DNA of 64,000 bases from a virus (Duplodnaviria > Caudoviricetes), in IMG/VR virus record IMGVR_UViG_3300021958_000041, positions 1-64,000 of that record; one strand, written 5' to 3'. This document shows, in pieces, positions 45,189 through 56,060 of the stretch (position 1 is its first letter; every line of letters starts with the position of its first letter). Made by a program: the position numbers and the translations under genes. Below the pieces are notes generated by a model. The model saw only the letters and a list, made by a program, of their open reading frames with translations. It ran no database searches and was not told the origin of the DNA.

Positions 45189-48100
45189 ATGGCTTTGCAG
45201 GACCGTACATTACACTTCAATCTTTCAGAACAGCTTCATAAGACATTAATTAAGTCACCAATAAACATTGCTAGACTCTCTACGGCAATGTTTGTGCAAG
45301 GTGATAAAACTCCAATTACTCTAAAATTTTACGAATTTAGTATTAATGGTTTAGTTGACACCTTTATAGATGAGGAAATTATAGAAGTCTGTGCGAGATG
45401 GGAATCAACAAACGCTGAGTTATTTACGCCAGCAGCCGTCACAGTCAATATTAATGGCATAGGATTAAGTGAAGATGGTGAGCTGCAAGGAGGAGTAGAC
45501 TTTACTGGAAACCCCAAAGGTGGAAATTTCACCAAAGGTCAAGTTTACCCAATAACTCAAAAAGGTATAGATTTAGGCGGCAAAATAACAGCAACTAATG
45601 TTGATAGTTCAGGTAAATTAATTACAGGCATTATAACAAGTGCTGGAACTGGATATGAACAAGCCGAGACTATTACAATTGAAAATCCTATTGGTGACCC
45701 TAAGCCAGAAAATGGGCAAACATTAACAAATACATTTTCCGCAGGCTCTAATATTGGGCATTCTGATGTAGATACGAGTGAATCTGCTTTATTTGCCATA
45801 GATTTAAATATTCAAAGTAACGCAGATGGACTAATTGCATTCACGGGTCAAGGGACGGCACAAATTGCTGCAGGCAATGAACTAGGTGACTATAATAATT
45901 ACGAAAAGAAATACTATGTAGCTAATAACATTCTTGCTTGGCAACAGACGACACTTCCTAGTTCAGGAAGTACAATAGATTCTTTAAATGGGTGGTCCAT
46001 CCCTAGCGGACAGCCAACTACGCCTAGAGTAGGTACTACTACTTCTTGGGGTGGTAATGGAGTTCTTATATATGCGGATGATACCTCTTCTGGGCTTGAC
46101 TCTCTGATAAATACACTAAGTGAACCATTAACCCCAGGCGTATATGATATAGATTTTGGCCTTTTTGATTATTACGACGTGGGGAGCGGTTATCCGTCTC
46201 TAGATATTAGTGGAAGTACTGATGGAATTAATTTTAATAGTTTAGTTTCAGTGGACTTGACATTCAATATGTACTCCACATCCCCATCCAAAAAAGAGAG
46301 ATTTGAAGTTCCTCATACATCCGATGCAATAACACACATTAAAATAGCATATAACCCATCAGCGACTCCTCCAGACCAATATGACTATGTGGATTTCGAA
46401 AAGTTTTCAATTACCAAAAGAGAACCTTCTACGGGATGGAATCAAGAAAGATATGTGCTTAGAAATCCAAAATTCGAACATACCGCAGCTAGCATACTTA
46501 CAACTACCACAAACGCACGAGTTTACAACAATGTAACTTTATCTGATGAGGGTAATTATCATTTCAAAATTACAGCAAAGGCATTATCACATGATAGGCT
46601 AAAAGCTTCGTCTTTGGATTTTCCAAAATTACAGATACACATTAGTTCTCCGCTACTGAACTCAAATCCTATTCTTGATGCACAAATTGATATGGAAGAT
46701 GGAGCGGTAGATATTCAAAGTGGTACTGCGTCTACTACTGCTACAAAAAATACATACGAAGAAGTTGAAATAGAAATAATTATTCCAGTATCTAGCTCAA
46801 ATACAGGGGATTACTATTTTATAACAAAAAGTATTAATGATTCATCTCTTCAATCTGATAATAAAATAACCTTAAGGAATGCTTCAGTAAAAAAAGACAA
46901 CTTAGGTGCGGAATTATTATCAAATAATAACTCTATAGAAAATTGGTCTACTGCTAGTCCAACTGATGTAGAAGTTGCAGCACACCCAATAAATTGGGAA
47001 ATCAAAGCTGGAGCAATTGATGAGTCCAGCTTGAATAATGGAATAATAAAAGCACAAAGTGCTAACACAAGATTAGTTCAACAATCATACATGGATAGTT
47101 ATGATAGAACATTTAACCCTTTTATAAAATCAACACAAGTCTACAAGGTTTGTATAAGTTTTGGTACATTAAGTAGTTCAAACACAGACGAAGTAAGTAT
47201 ATTAATTTACGGAGGAAGCACTGTAACATGGGCAGACGGCAACCAGAATAACACCTTTACAATAAATACCGCAGATATACCATCATCTGGATATTTTGAA
47301 ACGTATGTTAAAACAGGTAGCTCAATGCCTGACATTGTTGAATTAAAACTTATAAATACGGATGTAGAGGTAAAAGATTTCCAAATAAAAGAAGTTTACG
47401 ATACATCAATTGGATTTTCTACGCATATGGAGGAGACGCTTGGAGTGCCTGACCCAATGTATGAGGAAAGCCTAACAGATAATACCTTAAGAATAATTAA
47501 TGATTCAGCCTTTCAGGCATCCATTACGCAAGATTTAAGCTTATTAAAGAATAATCAGTATCGTATTAGAGCAAAAACAAATTCAATATATAATACAGCG
47601 TATAGTACTTCACCATATGAAAAAGCCAATATTTATGGTTATTCCGAGATTCACGGTTGGAAGAAACTTGGGAACATGGAAATTGGTCAACAGATTACAT
47701 TTAATGATACTAGTACGGGATTTATGGGGCATAAATTTGATATTGTTCCAGAAGTAGATTTCACCGCATTATCTATAAGTTTCCCGCAAAGTCATATAAG
47801 ACTTGATGAAATGTCGGTCGATGGCAACAGGAATGCTATGGCTTTAGAATTTCAGGCAGGCAGCTTATTACTGCGAGTTGGAAATCAATATAGTACATCA
47901 AGTGCATATATTAACGTACCTATATCATCCAAGCCAGTACTCAATGGTGATGTTACGCTGTCAGTATTAATAGATAATGTAGCTAATAAAATTGAACTAT
48001 ATTGCAACAGTACATTACTTGCAGAACAAGTCATTCCATCTGGATTCTCAAATAACTCATGGTCCGCAACAGGTGGTAAAATTACAGAATTATCACTTGA

Positions 48101-48440
48101 TTCAGGATTGCATGCTTCAACATCAGTATTTAATGGTCAATTAAACTCTGGATTGAGATACTATAAAAATCCACAATCTTTATCTCTATCTGATGACGAC
48201 ATAGAAGAAATAGAGTTGGAGTCAGATTATGTAGCACCTAATTATGAAGTCCTCATCAACTTAGATGGCCCAGAAGTCCACGCATTATTTGACCTTGGAT
48301 TTGGTGACGCACTTGCTAAATTTGATGTCCAGTGTAGAGATACAGCTAATACAAAAATACGGACATTAGCTAGGTTTGATGGCTTAATATTCCGTGATGT
48401 CAATTTCAATGGTAGTAGTGGAACACCATTCACTCCTTAA
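45189..48440 (+). CDS. Tail fibre/baseplate protein, BppU-like termini with inserted beta-sandwich domains
   Basis: N-terminal FVQGDKTPITLKF, C-terminal YEVLINLDGPEV...AKFDV...TLARFDGLIFRDV, and internal galactose-binding-like and LamG-like beta-rich segments. Confidence 0.5.
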   Translation: MALQDRTLHFNLSEQLHKTLIKSPINIARLSTAMFVQGDKTPITLKFYEFSINGLVDTFIDEEIIEVCARWESTNAELFTPAAVTVNINGIGLSEDGELQGGVDFTGNPKGGNFTKGQVYPITQKGIDLGGKITATNVDSSGKLITGIITSAGTGYEQAETITIENPIGDPKPENGQTLTNTFSAGSNIGHSDVDTSESALFAIDLNIQSNADGLIAFTGQGTAQIAAGNELGDYNNYEKKYYVANNILAWQQTTLPSSGSTIDSLNGWSIPSGQPTTPRVGTTTSWGGNGVLIYADDTSSGLDSLINTLSEPLTPGVYDIDFGLFDYYDVGSGYPSLDISGSTDGINFNSLVSVDLTFNMYSTSPSKKERFEVPHTSDAITHIKIAYNPSATPPDQYDYVDFEKFSITKREPSTGWNQERYVLRNPKFEHTAASILTTTTNARVYNNVTLSDEGNYHFKITAKALSHDRLKASSLDFPKLQIHISSPLLNSNPILDAQIDMEDGAVDIQSGTASTTATKNTYEEVEIEIIIPVSSSNTGDYYFITKSINDSSLQSDNKITLRNASVKKDNLGAELLSNNNSIENWSTASPTDVEVAAHPINWEIKAGAIDESSLNNGIIKAQSANTRLVQQSYMDSYDRTFNPFIKSTQVYKVCISFGTLSSSNTDEVSILIYGGSTVTWADGNQNNTFTINTADIPSSGYFETYVKTGSSMPDIVELKLINTDVEVKDFQIKEVYDTSIGFSTHMEETLGVPDPMYEESLTDNTLRIINDSAFQASITQDLSLLKNNQYRIRAKTNSIYNTAYSTSPYEKANIYGYSEIHGWKKLGNMEIGQQITFNDTSTGFMGHKFDIVPEVDFTALSISFPQSHIRLDEMSVDGNRNAMALEFQAGSLLLRVGNQYSTSSAYINVPISSKPVLNGDVTLSVLIDNVANKIELYCNSTLLAEQVIPSGFSNNSWSATGGKITELSLDSGLHASTSVFNGQLNSGLRYYKNPQSLSLSDDDIEEIELESDYVAPNYEVLINLDGPEVHALFDLGFGDALAKFDVQCRDTANTKIRTLARFDGLIFRDVNFNGSSGTPFTP

Positions 48441-48480
48441 TTTTGTTGTAAATATTTCAAGTTAAACAAATAATAATATT

Positions 48481-48762
48481 ATGAGAAAAGCAGTATCAGT
48501 AACCAACAGTATTGTAGAAATTTGCCCCGCATCAGAAATGAGAGGCGATTTTAAGGCAAAAATTAACAATTTAGTAATAAAAAATACTTCAGCAACTGTA
48601 GTCTATCTGCAATGGACGGTTGAACCTGACATTCTCACTATCTCAAATGGATACCCATTGGGTCAAAATGAGGTAGCGATTATCGAAAGAACGAAAACAA
48701 GTGCCCCAGTCCTAGGAATAACTAATGGTGGTACTGCGAACCTTAGAGTAAGCGGAGACTAA
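48481..48762 (+). CDS. Small beta-rich virion-associated protein
   Basis: 93 aa between the fibre genes. Confidence 0.55.
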   Translation: MRKAVSVTNSIVEICPASEMRGDFKAKINNLVIKNTSATVVYLQWTVEPDILTISNGYPLGQNEVAIIERTKTSAPVLGITNGGTANLRVSGD

Positions 48763-48764
48763 AG

Positions 48765-51700
48765 ATGAGTTATTTAATATTCCCCTCTGGAGGTGGTGGT
48801 ACAGGCGCAACAGGTGCGGCAGGAGCTGATGGTGACACTATAGAAGCAGGAGCATCCGCTCCTAACACCGCAGGAGGAGCAGTAGGCAACAGGAGATACT
48901 GGCTTGATACATCCACAAATGAATTTTATTTCCTAGCGGCTAATGTTAGCCCTTCTCCTATTGGTAATTGGACAAAAATCGCAGACTTTAGTGGACCAAC
49001 TGGAGCCGCAGGCTCTAATGGGCTAAACGGAATTGACGGCGCTAGCGGAGACCAATGGACACATGCTCAATTGAACAATATAGCACCAAGTGATAAGGGT
49101 ACTGCGGATGTTTTTGATGAGTATCAATTAGATACAGATACTGGGAAGGTTTACCATTGTGCCGCTAACGGAAAAACATGGGCTTTGGTTGCTAATTTCA
49201 CAGGCCCTCAAGGTATACAAGGAACACAAGGTATTACTGGAAATGTTGGGCCAACTGGTTCGGCTGGAGCATCTGGAAGTCAATGGTCATCTGGAACAAA
49301 TGCTCCAAGTAACTCAAATGGTAACCATAATGATTTTTATTTTAAATCAGATGATAGGGGGATATATAAGAAAACTGATATATATGCTACCATAGCTGTA
49401 ACAATACCTACTTTTGCCGTAGGTGATGTAGTTGAATTTAATTATTTTGATGGAACATCTCAGCAAACAGCTACAATAACTATAGGCACTTCTGTAGTGT
49501 CAACAAATACAACATTTACCGCAGGAGCAGCTACAATTGCTCGCTCAGGCTCACAAAATACAGATGCCGCTGCAATAGTTGTACTTATTAATACTATATC
49601 TGGGTATTCCGCTACTAGAAATAATGCAGATATTACAATAACCGCAGATACCGCAGGAAATGCATATAATTCATTACTAGATATTACGTTATCAGGAACT
49701 ACTACGTCCACAAATGGCGTAGGCTCAATTTCTTGGGATTTACTAGCAACTATTAGTGATGGGCCTCAAGGAGCACAAGGCTTGACAGGAAATACTGGAT
49801 TAACTGGAGCTACTGGAGCTACTGGAAATACTGGAAATGACGGGGAAGACGGCTCATTATGGACTTCAGGCGTTACAGATAAATTGCCAAGCGAGGGAAA
49901 ATTAGGTGATTTTCATTTCAATACCCTAACATTTGACCTTTTTGAAAAAAGAGAAGTTCCACACATAAGTAAAATCACTATATCAAATCAAGAAGATGGC
50001 GTACTAGGTGTAGATTTTGATGCAAATGGAGAAATGCTTTTCGACTCTTTCGATGCAAATGAAAAAGCAACATACAAAAGAGATGTAAGTCCAGACCCAG
50101 ATTACATAGTTGTTTTCAATGATGATGATTCGCAATGGGAACTAAGATTGGATGATAAAGATGTAGATGGAAATTATCAATCATCTCATTTTGCATTTAA
50201 CCCTCTTAGCTCTTCGGACGATGGGTATTACCCAAACCCCTTGACATGGCTAGTAAACGCAACAAATTGGCCATCCTCTTCCGCTGCAGTTGGATTATTT
50301 GAAAATACCACTGCATCTTCTCAAAAAACAAATTGGTATACTGTTGTTAACCTAGAAGTTGGTGGAGCTGCAGGAGAAGGTGTTCCATCAGGTGGTACTG
50401 CTGGTCAGGTATTATCTAAAGCAACGGCAACTGACTTTGACACTACATGGGTAGATGCTGGTGGCGCTGGTACTAAATTAGAAGGATGGGAAACTGACAC
50501 TGACGGGAATTTAGTTCCTGAGAATGACCAAGCGCAAAATATTGGAAGTCCAACAAGACAGCTTCATAGCTTGTATGTCTCAGGCAAAAGTATTTATATA
50601 GATAATAAAAAATTAAGTGTAGACTCAGATAGTAATCTTTTTTACCAAACTGACGGAGGGTCAAAAGTATTACTAACTCAAGCCAATGGTACGGAGAGTA
50701 AAAGTGGAACTGCAAACATAACTGTAGGAACAGTTACCACAGGCGCTGCAGGAACGGATGCATCGGTATCGAATTCAGGGAATGCAACTGATGCAGTTTT
50801 TGATTTTACCATACCAAAAGGTGATGTCGGCCCAGCAGGCCCACAGGGAACGGCAGGATACAACGGTTCAATAAGCATAGAAGCAAGCGTATCAAATGCA
50901 AGCGCACTTCCGTCATCATTAGGTGCGGGGGACGCAGGAAAAGGATACATAACACAGAACGATGGAGCTTTACACTTATGGGATGGAACTAAATTCGTTA
51001 ATTTAGGAGCTGTTAGGGGAGAAAAAGGAGACACTGGTGACACAGGAGCTAGTTCTACTTTCATTCAGGGCACTACTGACCCTCAGGCATCGGATGGTAA
51101 TGATGGTGATTTATACATAAACACCAATTCTGGTGATTTATTCGGCCCAAAGAATACAACTTGGGGTAGTGCAATATCAAACTTGAAAGGTCCTGCGGGA
51201 ACGCGCGGAACTGATGGATTGAAGGGAAACGATGGAACCGCTGGTCAAGTAACAATTGGTACAGTAGCACATGGGTCTACTGCGGCAGTCACCAATACAG
51301 GAACTTCTTCGGTAGCTGTTTTAGATTTCGTATTACCCAAAGGTGATAAAGGAGAAAAGGGTGACCAAGGAAATACAAATGCTGTTACTATTACAGGAAA
51401 TGTAGCATCAAGCGCTAACCTACCATCAGGGTTAGGACTATCAGATACAGGTAATGGATATATTAGTAATGATACTAAAGAATTGCATGTATGGGTAGGT
51501 ACAGAATTTATAAATGTGGGAGGTGTACACGGCCCTGCTGGTGAAGACGGGAAAGGATGGACTTCAGGAGCATACGACCCATCTACTGGAATAACTTCAT
51601 TTGAGTCAGATGATGGATTAGGTTTTCAAACCACCGACATAAGAGGTTCAGGATGGACAAGCTCCAATCAAGCTCCTACGGGAGGAAAAAATGGAGACTT

Positions 51701-52478
51701 TCATTTTAATACTGCTACTAATAAATTCTACAAAAAAGTTTCTAATGTTTGGGAAGTTATAACAGATTTGCCTAAAAATTCAGGTACACCCGTAACAGCA
51801 ATCCTTCCTTTTGCGTTAGGCAAAATTACTGGCTCAATAGCAAATAGCCAAGTTGCATGTACTATAACGCAAAGCAGTAGTGGTGTATATGATGTCGCTT
51901 TTGCCACAGAGCAAGCTAATACTAACTACACCATATTTACTGACTCAGAGGGAATAAGCGTAGGTAGGGAGAAAATTTCAAATAAAACAACTAATGGATT
52001 CAGAATAGAGCATCTTGATAGTAGTAATGCTGTAATAAATGAAGATTGTTCTTTCATTTGCTTTGGCGAAAGTCCCCAAACGCATATTGGAACAACTGTA
52101 GAAGAAAACATTATTCTTGAACTGACAGAAGAATTTGGTCAGCCTCAAGCGGGAACAGTGATAAATGTAAAATCATTAAGACTACCTTATAACTTCAGAA
52201 TAACTGGCATGACTGCATGGTGTAATGCACCATTTGAGGACGCCCCTCAGGTCACGCTTTCAAATGAAATTAATGAAGATATTTTAACTCAGAACTTAAC
52301 TCTTCCAAGTAGTCATTTATCTTCAAATACCGCAGGCTCAAGCAATCAAGCAGTTGTTGATACTAGTAAAAGAGATATAGATGCATATAGCTTGATTCAA
52401 GTTGGAACAATTTGGTCTGATGGAAAATCTGGTCATGGCTTGAAAGTGGTTATCCAAGGAATAAGAACTTCTTTCTAA
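48765..52478 (+). CDS. Collagen-like tail fibre protein
   Basis: Multiple Gly-X-Y runs (for example GPQGIQGTQGITGNVGPTGSAGASG) separated by repeated small globular modules. Confidence 0.85.
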   Translation: MSYLIFPSGGGGTGATGAAGADGDTIEAGASAPNTAGGAVGNRRYWLDTSTNEFYFLAANVSPSPIGNWTKIADFSGPTGAAGSNGLNGIDGASGDQWTHAQLNNIAPSDKGTADVFDEYQLDTDTGKVYHCAANGKTWALVANFTGPQGIQGTQGITGNVGPTGSAGASGSQWSSGTNAPSNSNGNHNDFYFKSDDRGIYKKTDIYATIAVTIPTFAVGDVVEFNYFDGTSQQTATITIGTSVVSTNTTFTAGAATIARSGSQNTDAAAIVVLINTISGYSATRNNADITITADTAGNAYNSLLDITLSGTTTSTNGVGSISWDLLATISDGPQGAQGLTGNTGLTGATGATGNTGNDGEDGSLWTSGVTDKLPSEGKLGDFHFNTLTFDLFEKREVPHISKITISNQEDGVLGVDFDANGEMLFDSFDANEKATYKRDVSPDPDYIVVFNDDDSQWELRLDDKDVDGNYQSSHFAFNPLSSSDDGYYPNPLTWLVNATNWPSSSAAVGLFENTTASSQKTNWYTVVNLEVGGAAGEGVPSGGTAGQVLSKATATDFDTTWVDAGGAGTKLEGWETDTDGNLVPENDQAQNIGSPTRQLHSLYVSGKSIYIDNKKLSVDSDSNLFYQTDGGSKVLLTQANGTESKSGTANITVGTVTTGAAGTDASVSNSGNATDAVFDFTIPKGDVGPAGPQGTAGYNGSISIEASVSNASALPSSLGAGDAGKGYITQNDGALHLWDGTKFVNLGAVRGEKGDTGDTGASSTFIQGTTDPQASDGNDGDLYINTNSGDLFGPKNTTWGSAISNLKGPAGTRGTDGLKGNDGTAGQVTIGTVAHGSTAAVTNTGTSSVAVLDFVLPKGDKGEKGDQGNTNAVTITGNVASSANLPSGLGLSDTGNGYISNDTKELHVWVGTEFINVGGVHGPAGEDGKGWTSGAYDPSTGITSFESDDGLGFQTTDIRGSGWTSSNQAPTGGKNGDFHFNTATNKFYKKVSNVWEVITDLPKNSGTPVTAILPFALGKITGSIANSQVACTITQSSSGVYDVAFATEQANTNYTIFTDSEGISVGREKISNKTTNGFRIEHLDSSNAVINEDCSFICFGESPQTHIGTTVEENIILELTEEFGQPQAGTVINVKSLRLPYNFRITGMTAWCNAPFEDAPQVTLSNEINEDILTQNLTLPSSHLSSNTAGSSNQAVVDTSKRDIDAYSLIQVGTIWSDGKSGHGLKVVIQGIRTSF

Positions 52479-52479
52479 A

Positions 52480-55400
52480 ATGAGTACAAATTACCTCCAA
52501 GCACCACCTACGTCGGATGGTACTGTTTTAAGTACAACAACCCCTCTAGTATTCGGTAAGGAAAACTGCTTTCCTTATATAAAACTTTTTGCTACTGACT
52601 GGAGTGGATTAAAAGAAGAAGAAGTAGAAGCGTTAGGTGGACACCTTATGCAAATGAATCGTTTTGTAACAAAACATACGCAGGGTTTATCAAAAGAACA
52701 TTGGTCTCCAGAATGCATTAAAACTGTAAATAAGTTTTGGTATGACTCCAACCAATGGATGTATAATGTCCCAGAGGAATATAGAAAAATACTAGACCGA
52801 AGATATGAAAACTACGGACAGTATATAGGAAACTGGGAAAAAATTAATTTCACAACACCCGAAGAGCGAGTTGCGTGGGAAAATATAAATAATGCTGGCT
52901 TCCTAGACCCTGATGTTAATTTTAGTGCATTACCTCCGTGGGAAGACAATTCCTTGGAAGCAGTACTAGATAGAGGTGAGCTTCAAATTCAATCGGATAG
53001 AACTCAAAATAATTCTATTACTGGTAGTTTTTATCATGGTTTTGGGGATAATAAAAGGTTTGACTCAATGCTTATTGCATCCGCCAACAAGCCCGAATTA
53101 ACTGAGTTTGTCAGGCAGATTTCCTTTCACTTCAAGCACCATACTGATAAGTGGAATAAAGAGGGTCATAAATTTGACCCTAATAATTTACCTTATTATT
53201 CATCCTTTGCACATCAAATGAGTAGTGCGAGCGGTGGGGCTGAAAAAATATCTCATAATTTACTTGGTGATTTTGAGTGGGATGGAGTAGAGACAGAAGA
53301 TTTTGTGGAATCGGAAGGACTATTAAATGTAGCATTTGAACCCAAGAAAGTATTTAGAAACACATCAACAACTGGTGATTATAAGGATTATAGAATAGTT
53401 TGGCATTCACAAGGAATACCTGATTCAAATAATGCCCCAACTTGGGTTATAGCTACTGATAAAGTTGAAAGTAAGACTCATACTCTAGCAGGAGATATGG
53501 TTGTGGAGTTTCTTTCTGGAACACACAACATTAATGCAAGAAATTTGGGTTATCCAAGTGATGCTATTTCTTCAATAAAGGTAACACAGAATGGAATAAC
53601 TCATACCTATAGCTATACACAAGGGCCAAGAAGATTGGATAAAGATGGAAATCTACCAACAAAAGGTTTTCAAACAGACGAATACTTCTTTGCATCTAGC
53701 GTATATGACCAAGGTAACCTTACAGAAGTAGTTTATGACAACAATAAGGCCCCATCCAATAATTACCAAGGTAATTATTTGTACACCATTTGGCGAGAAG
53801 AAAGATTACAAATTATTCATAAAGATGGAGTTTTCCAAGGTATAGTCATTTCATACCTGAAAGATATGGAGACAACCTCTATTCAATTTAACAATAAAAC
53901 AAACCCTGACCCCTTAGACCCAAATAATCAAACTTGGTACAAGGAGTCATATACTTTTGATAATAATTCATTAATATCACGTGGTGATAAGTATATTTTA
54001 ACCTCCGACTATACTACGAAAACTCAACATACTGTTATTGATGACTTTTCGGGTGGCGTAGATAACTTAACAAACGGAAGCTCAAAGCATCCACCAAGTG
54101 TTTTTACTTACCAAGCAACAAGAACTCCTGCTTATTTTTACAACCAAAAAGAGCTTTATGACCCAAGTTGGTCTATATGTGCCGAACTACCTGATGTACT
54201 AGAAACTAAAGAATACTGCTTAATAGATACATATGACTATCACACTGAAGCTGGAGGTAGTCATACATGGAGAGGTATAAAGATTAGCTACTATCATGAT
54301 ACTGTCACATCTGGTAATTGTAATTTTTCAGTTCAAACTACCGATGTGAGCGGAGGGACAGCAACTAGACCAGCATTTACACAAGAAATTAAACATCAAA
54401 TAGATTTCAGTAATACAACTGCTCAAGGCGTAAGCATGAAAAGGTTCATTGCTTGCGTAAAATGCGATGGAGCCAACTCGCAGGTGGATTTGGTTTACAA
54501 TAGAGGAAGTGAAACAATAACAGGTACACTTGACTTCAATAAGACCGACCAACTGAAAGGCATAGTTGTCGGTATGCCTACAGACACAAGCCTAAATTAC
54601 TTACAAGGTGGATGGGAAGGCAAAATAGCAGAGCTATTTAATTCTGCAGCCACCTCAGGTGAAGATATTGATTCTATTGTTGGGTATTTATCGCATAAAA
54701 ATGGAATAGAACTTCCAGACACCCATCCATATTATGATTCCTGCCCATCAGGGTGTAAAATAATATGTGACCCATGTATGTATATAGATGAAGAAACATG
54801 CATAAGTATACCAGATGTGAATCCTACAATTAGGTATAGTGTAGACCAACCTTTTTTTAATCAAATAAACAAAAGTGGTGATTTTGGATTTGGGGTAACA
54901 TCAATTCCTTATTCTTCAAGGGAAGATGAAATCTATGATGGTGTTGCTGGCGAACGTATTGAGCAAAATGATGACAGGGTTGTTAGAGATAAACCTTACA
55001 CTGGCGAGAAAACAGTTGAAATAAAAAATTTAACACTAGACGGAAGACCCTGTGATATAACACATATATTAAGTTTATCAGGAATGATATATAGGAGTGA
55101 CGAGGATTGTCCAACTGGTTCTCCTACATTTTCCGCAAAGAAAGCAGTATGCTGTGAAGTTGATGATGTTGGTACAACTAAATTGATGGATTTTAATCAA
55201 GACTTCGACCAGACCCCTGGCGACTTCATGACAGATGAGGAAAAAACTAAGCTAGAAGAGCGTTGTAAAGCGTTAGGTAAGTCAGAGCAATATGACCATA
55301 TAGTTAATGGCGGAATAAGTGTTTTAAGCACAGGCGAGGTACCAATAAATGCAACTTATAACCCTGCAACAAAGAGGGTGATTCACTATATTAGTAGCCA

Positions 55401-56058
55401 CAATCCTGCATATCATAATCCAGAGCGTTACGATTTTGATAAAGAAGCTATGAATGAGCAATTTGATTGGCATACTGAAGCTAATTTTGGGGAATGCTTA
55501 GGTGAAGCATGCTGCCCAACAACTACAACTACCACGACTCGCCCGCCAATTCACCCAGTAGAATGCTTCGTAGACCCGAAGAAGGATGCAAATTGCAGAC
55601 CCTATCTTCAGGTAAAAGTAAAAATGACAGCACAAGGATTAGCTTCAGTAGGTCTAGCGAGTGATGGATGGGCTAGAGGTTTAGCAATATATGCAAACAC
55701 TACAGGTGATTGTGAGCTTGACCCTGACCCTAGTCCTTCTGGGAATAACGTTGAAGAATCTTTTACTAAATCTACATCCACTGAAGAAGAATTAGAACAA
55801 GGAAGTTCTAATTCAGTTATATCTGGAGGTATGGTAAGTAATTCAAGAACTTTCACAGTAGCTGCATCGTGTGGATGTAATACTCGATGGGTAGTAAAGT
55901 CATTAGGGTTGAACCCAGATGGTGCTAATCAACAACAAATACTATCAGGAAATGTCATTTGCGGTGGTGATTACTTTGTTTCAGAAGAAGAATGCGATGC
56001 GCTAGAATGCGAAACGACCACGACAACATCTACTACAACTCCTATTTATGGAGCATAG
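52480..56058 (+). CDS. Large virion protein with a LamG-like domain and a Cys-rich, poly-Thr C-terminus
   Basis: WEGKIAELF...IVGYLSHKNGIELPDTHPY is a LamG-type terminus. Many Cys and two Thr tracts follow. Confidence 0.6.
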   Translation: MSTNYLQAPPTSDGTVLSTTTPLVFGKENCFPYIKLFATDWSGLKEEEVEALGGHLMQMNRFVTKHTQGLSKEHWSPECIKTVNKFWYDSNQWMYNVPEEYRKILDRRYENYGQYIGNWEKINFTTPEERVAWENINNAGFLDPDVNFSALPPWEDNSLEAVLDRGELQIQSDRTQNNSITGSFYHGFGDNKRFDSMLIASANKPELTEFVRQISFHFKHHTDKWNKEGHKFDPNNLPYYSSFAHQMSSASGGAEKISHNLLGDFEWDGVETEDFVESEGLLNVAFEPKKVFRNTSTTGDYKDYRIVWHSQGIPDSNNAPTWVIATDKVESKTHTLAGDMVVEFLSGTHNINARNLGYPSDAISSIKVTQNGITHTYSYTQGPRRLDKDGNLPTKGFQTDEYFFASSVYDQGNLTEVVYDNNKAPSNNYQGNYLYTIWREERLQIIHKDGVFQGIVISYLKDMETTSIQFNNKTNPDPLDPNNQTWYKESYTFDNNSLISRGDKYILTSDYTTKTQHTVIDDFSGGVDNLTNGSSKHPPSVFTYQATRTPAYFYNQKELYDPSWSICAELPDVLETKEYCLIDTYDYHTEAGGSHTWRGIKISYYHDTVTSGNCNFSVQTTDVSGGTATRPAFTQEIKHQIDFSNTTAQGVSMKRFIACVKCDGANSQVDLVYNRGSETITGTLDFNKTDQLKGIVVGMPTDTSLNYLQGGWEGKIAELFNSAATSGEDIDSIVGYLSHKNGIELPDTHPYYDSCPSGCKIICDPCMYIDEETCISIPDVNPTIRYSVDQPFFNQINKSGDFGFGVTSIPYSSREDEIYDGVAGERIEQNDDRVVRDKPYTGEKTVEIKNLTLDGRPCDITHILSLSGMIYRSDEDCPTGSPTFSAKKAVCCEVDDVGTTKLMDFNQDFDQTPGDFMTDEEKTKLEERCKALGKSEQYDHIVNGGISVLSTGEVPINATYNPATKRVIHYISSHNPAYHNPERYDFDKEAMNEQFDWHTEANFGECLGEACCPTTTTTTTRPPIHPVECFVDPKKDANCRPYLQVKVKMTAQGLASVGLASDGWARGLAIYANTTGDCELDPDPSPSGNNVEESFTKSTSTEEELEQGSSNSVISGGMVSNSRTFTVAASCGCNTRWVVKSLGLNPDGANQQQILSGNVICGGDYFVSEEECDALECETTTTTSTTTPIYGA

Positions 56059-56060
56059 TT

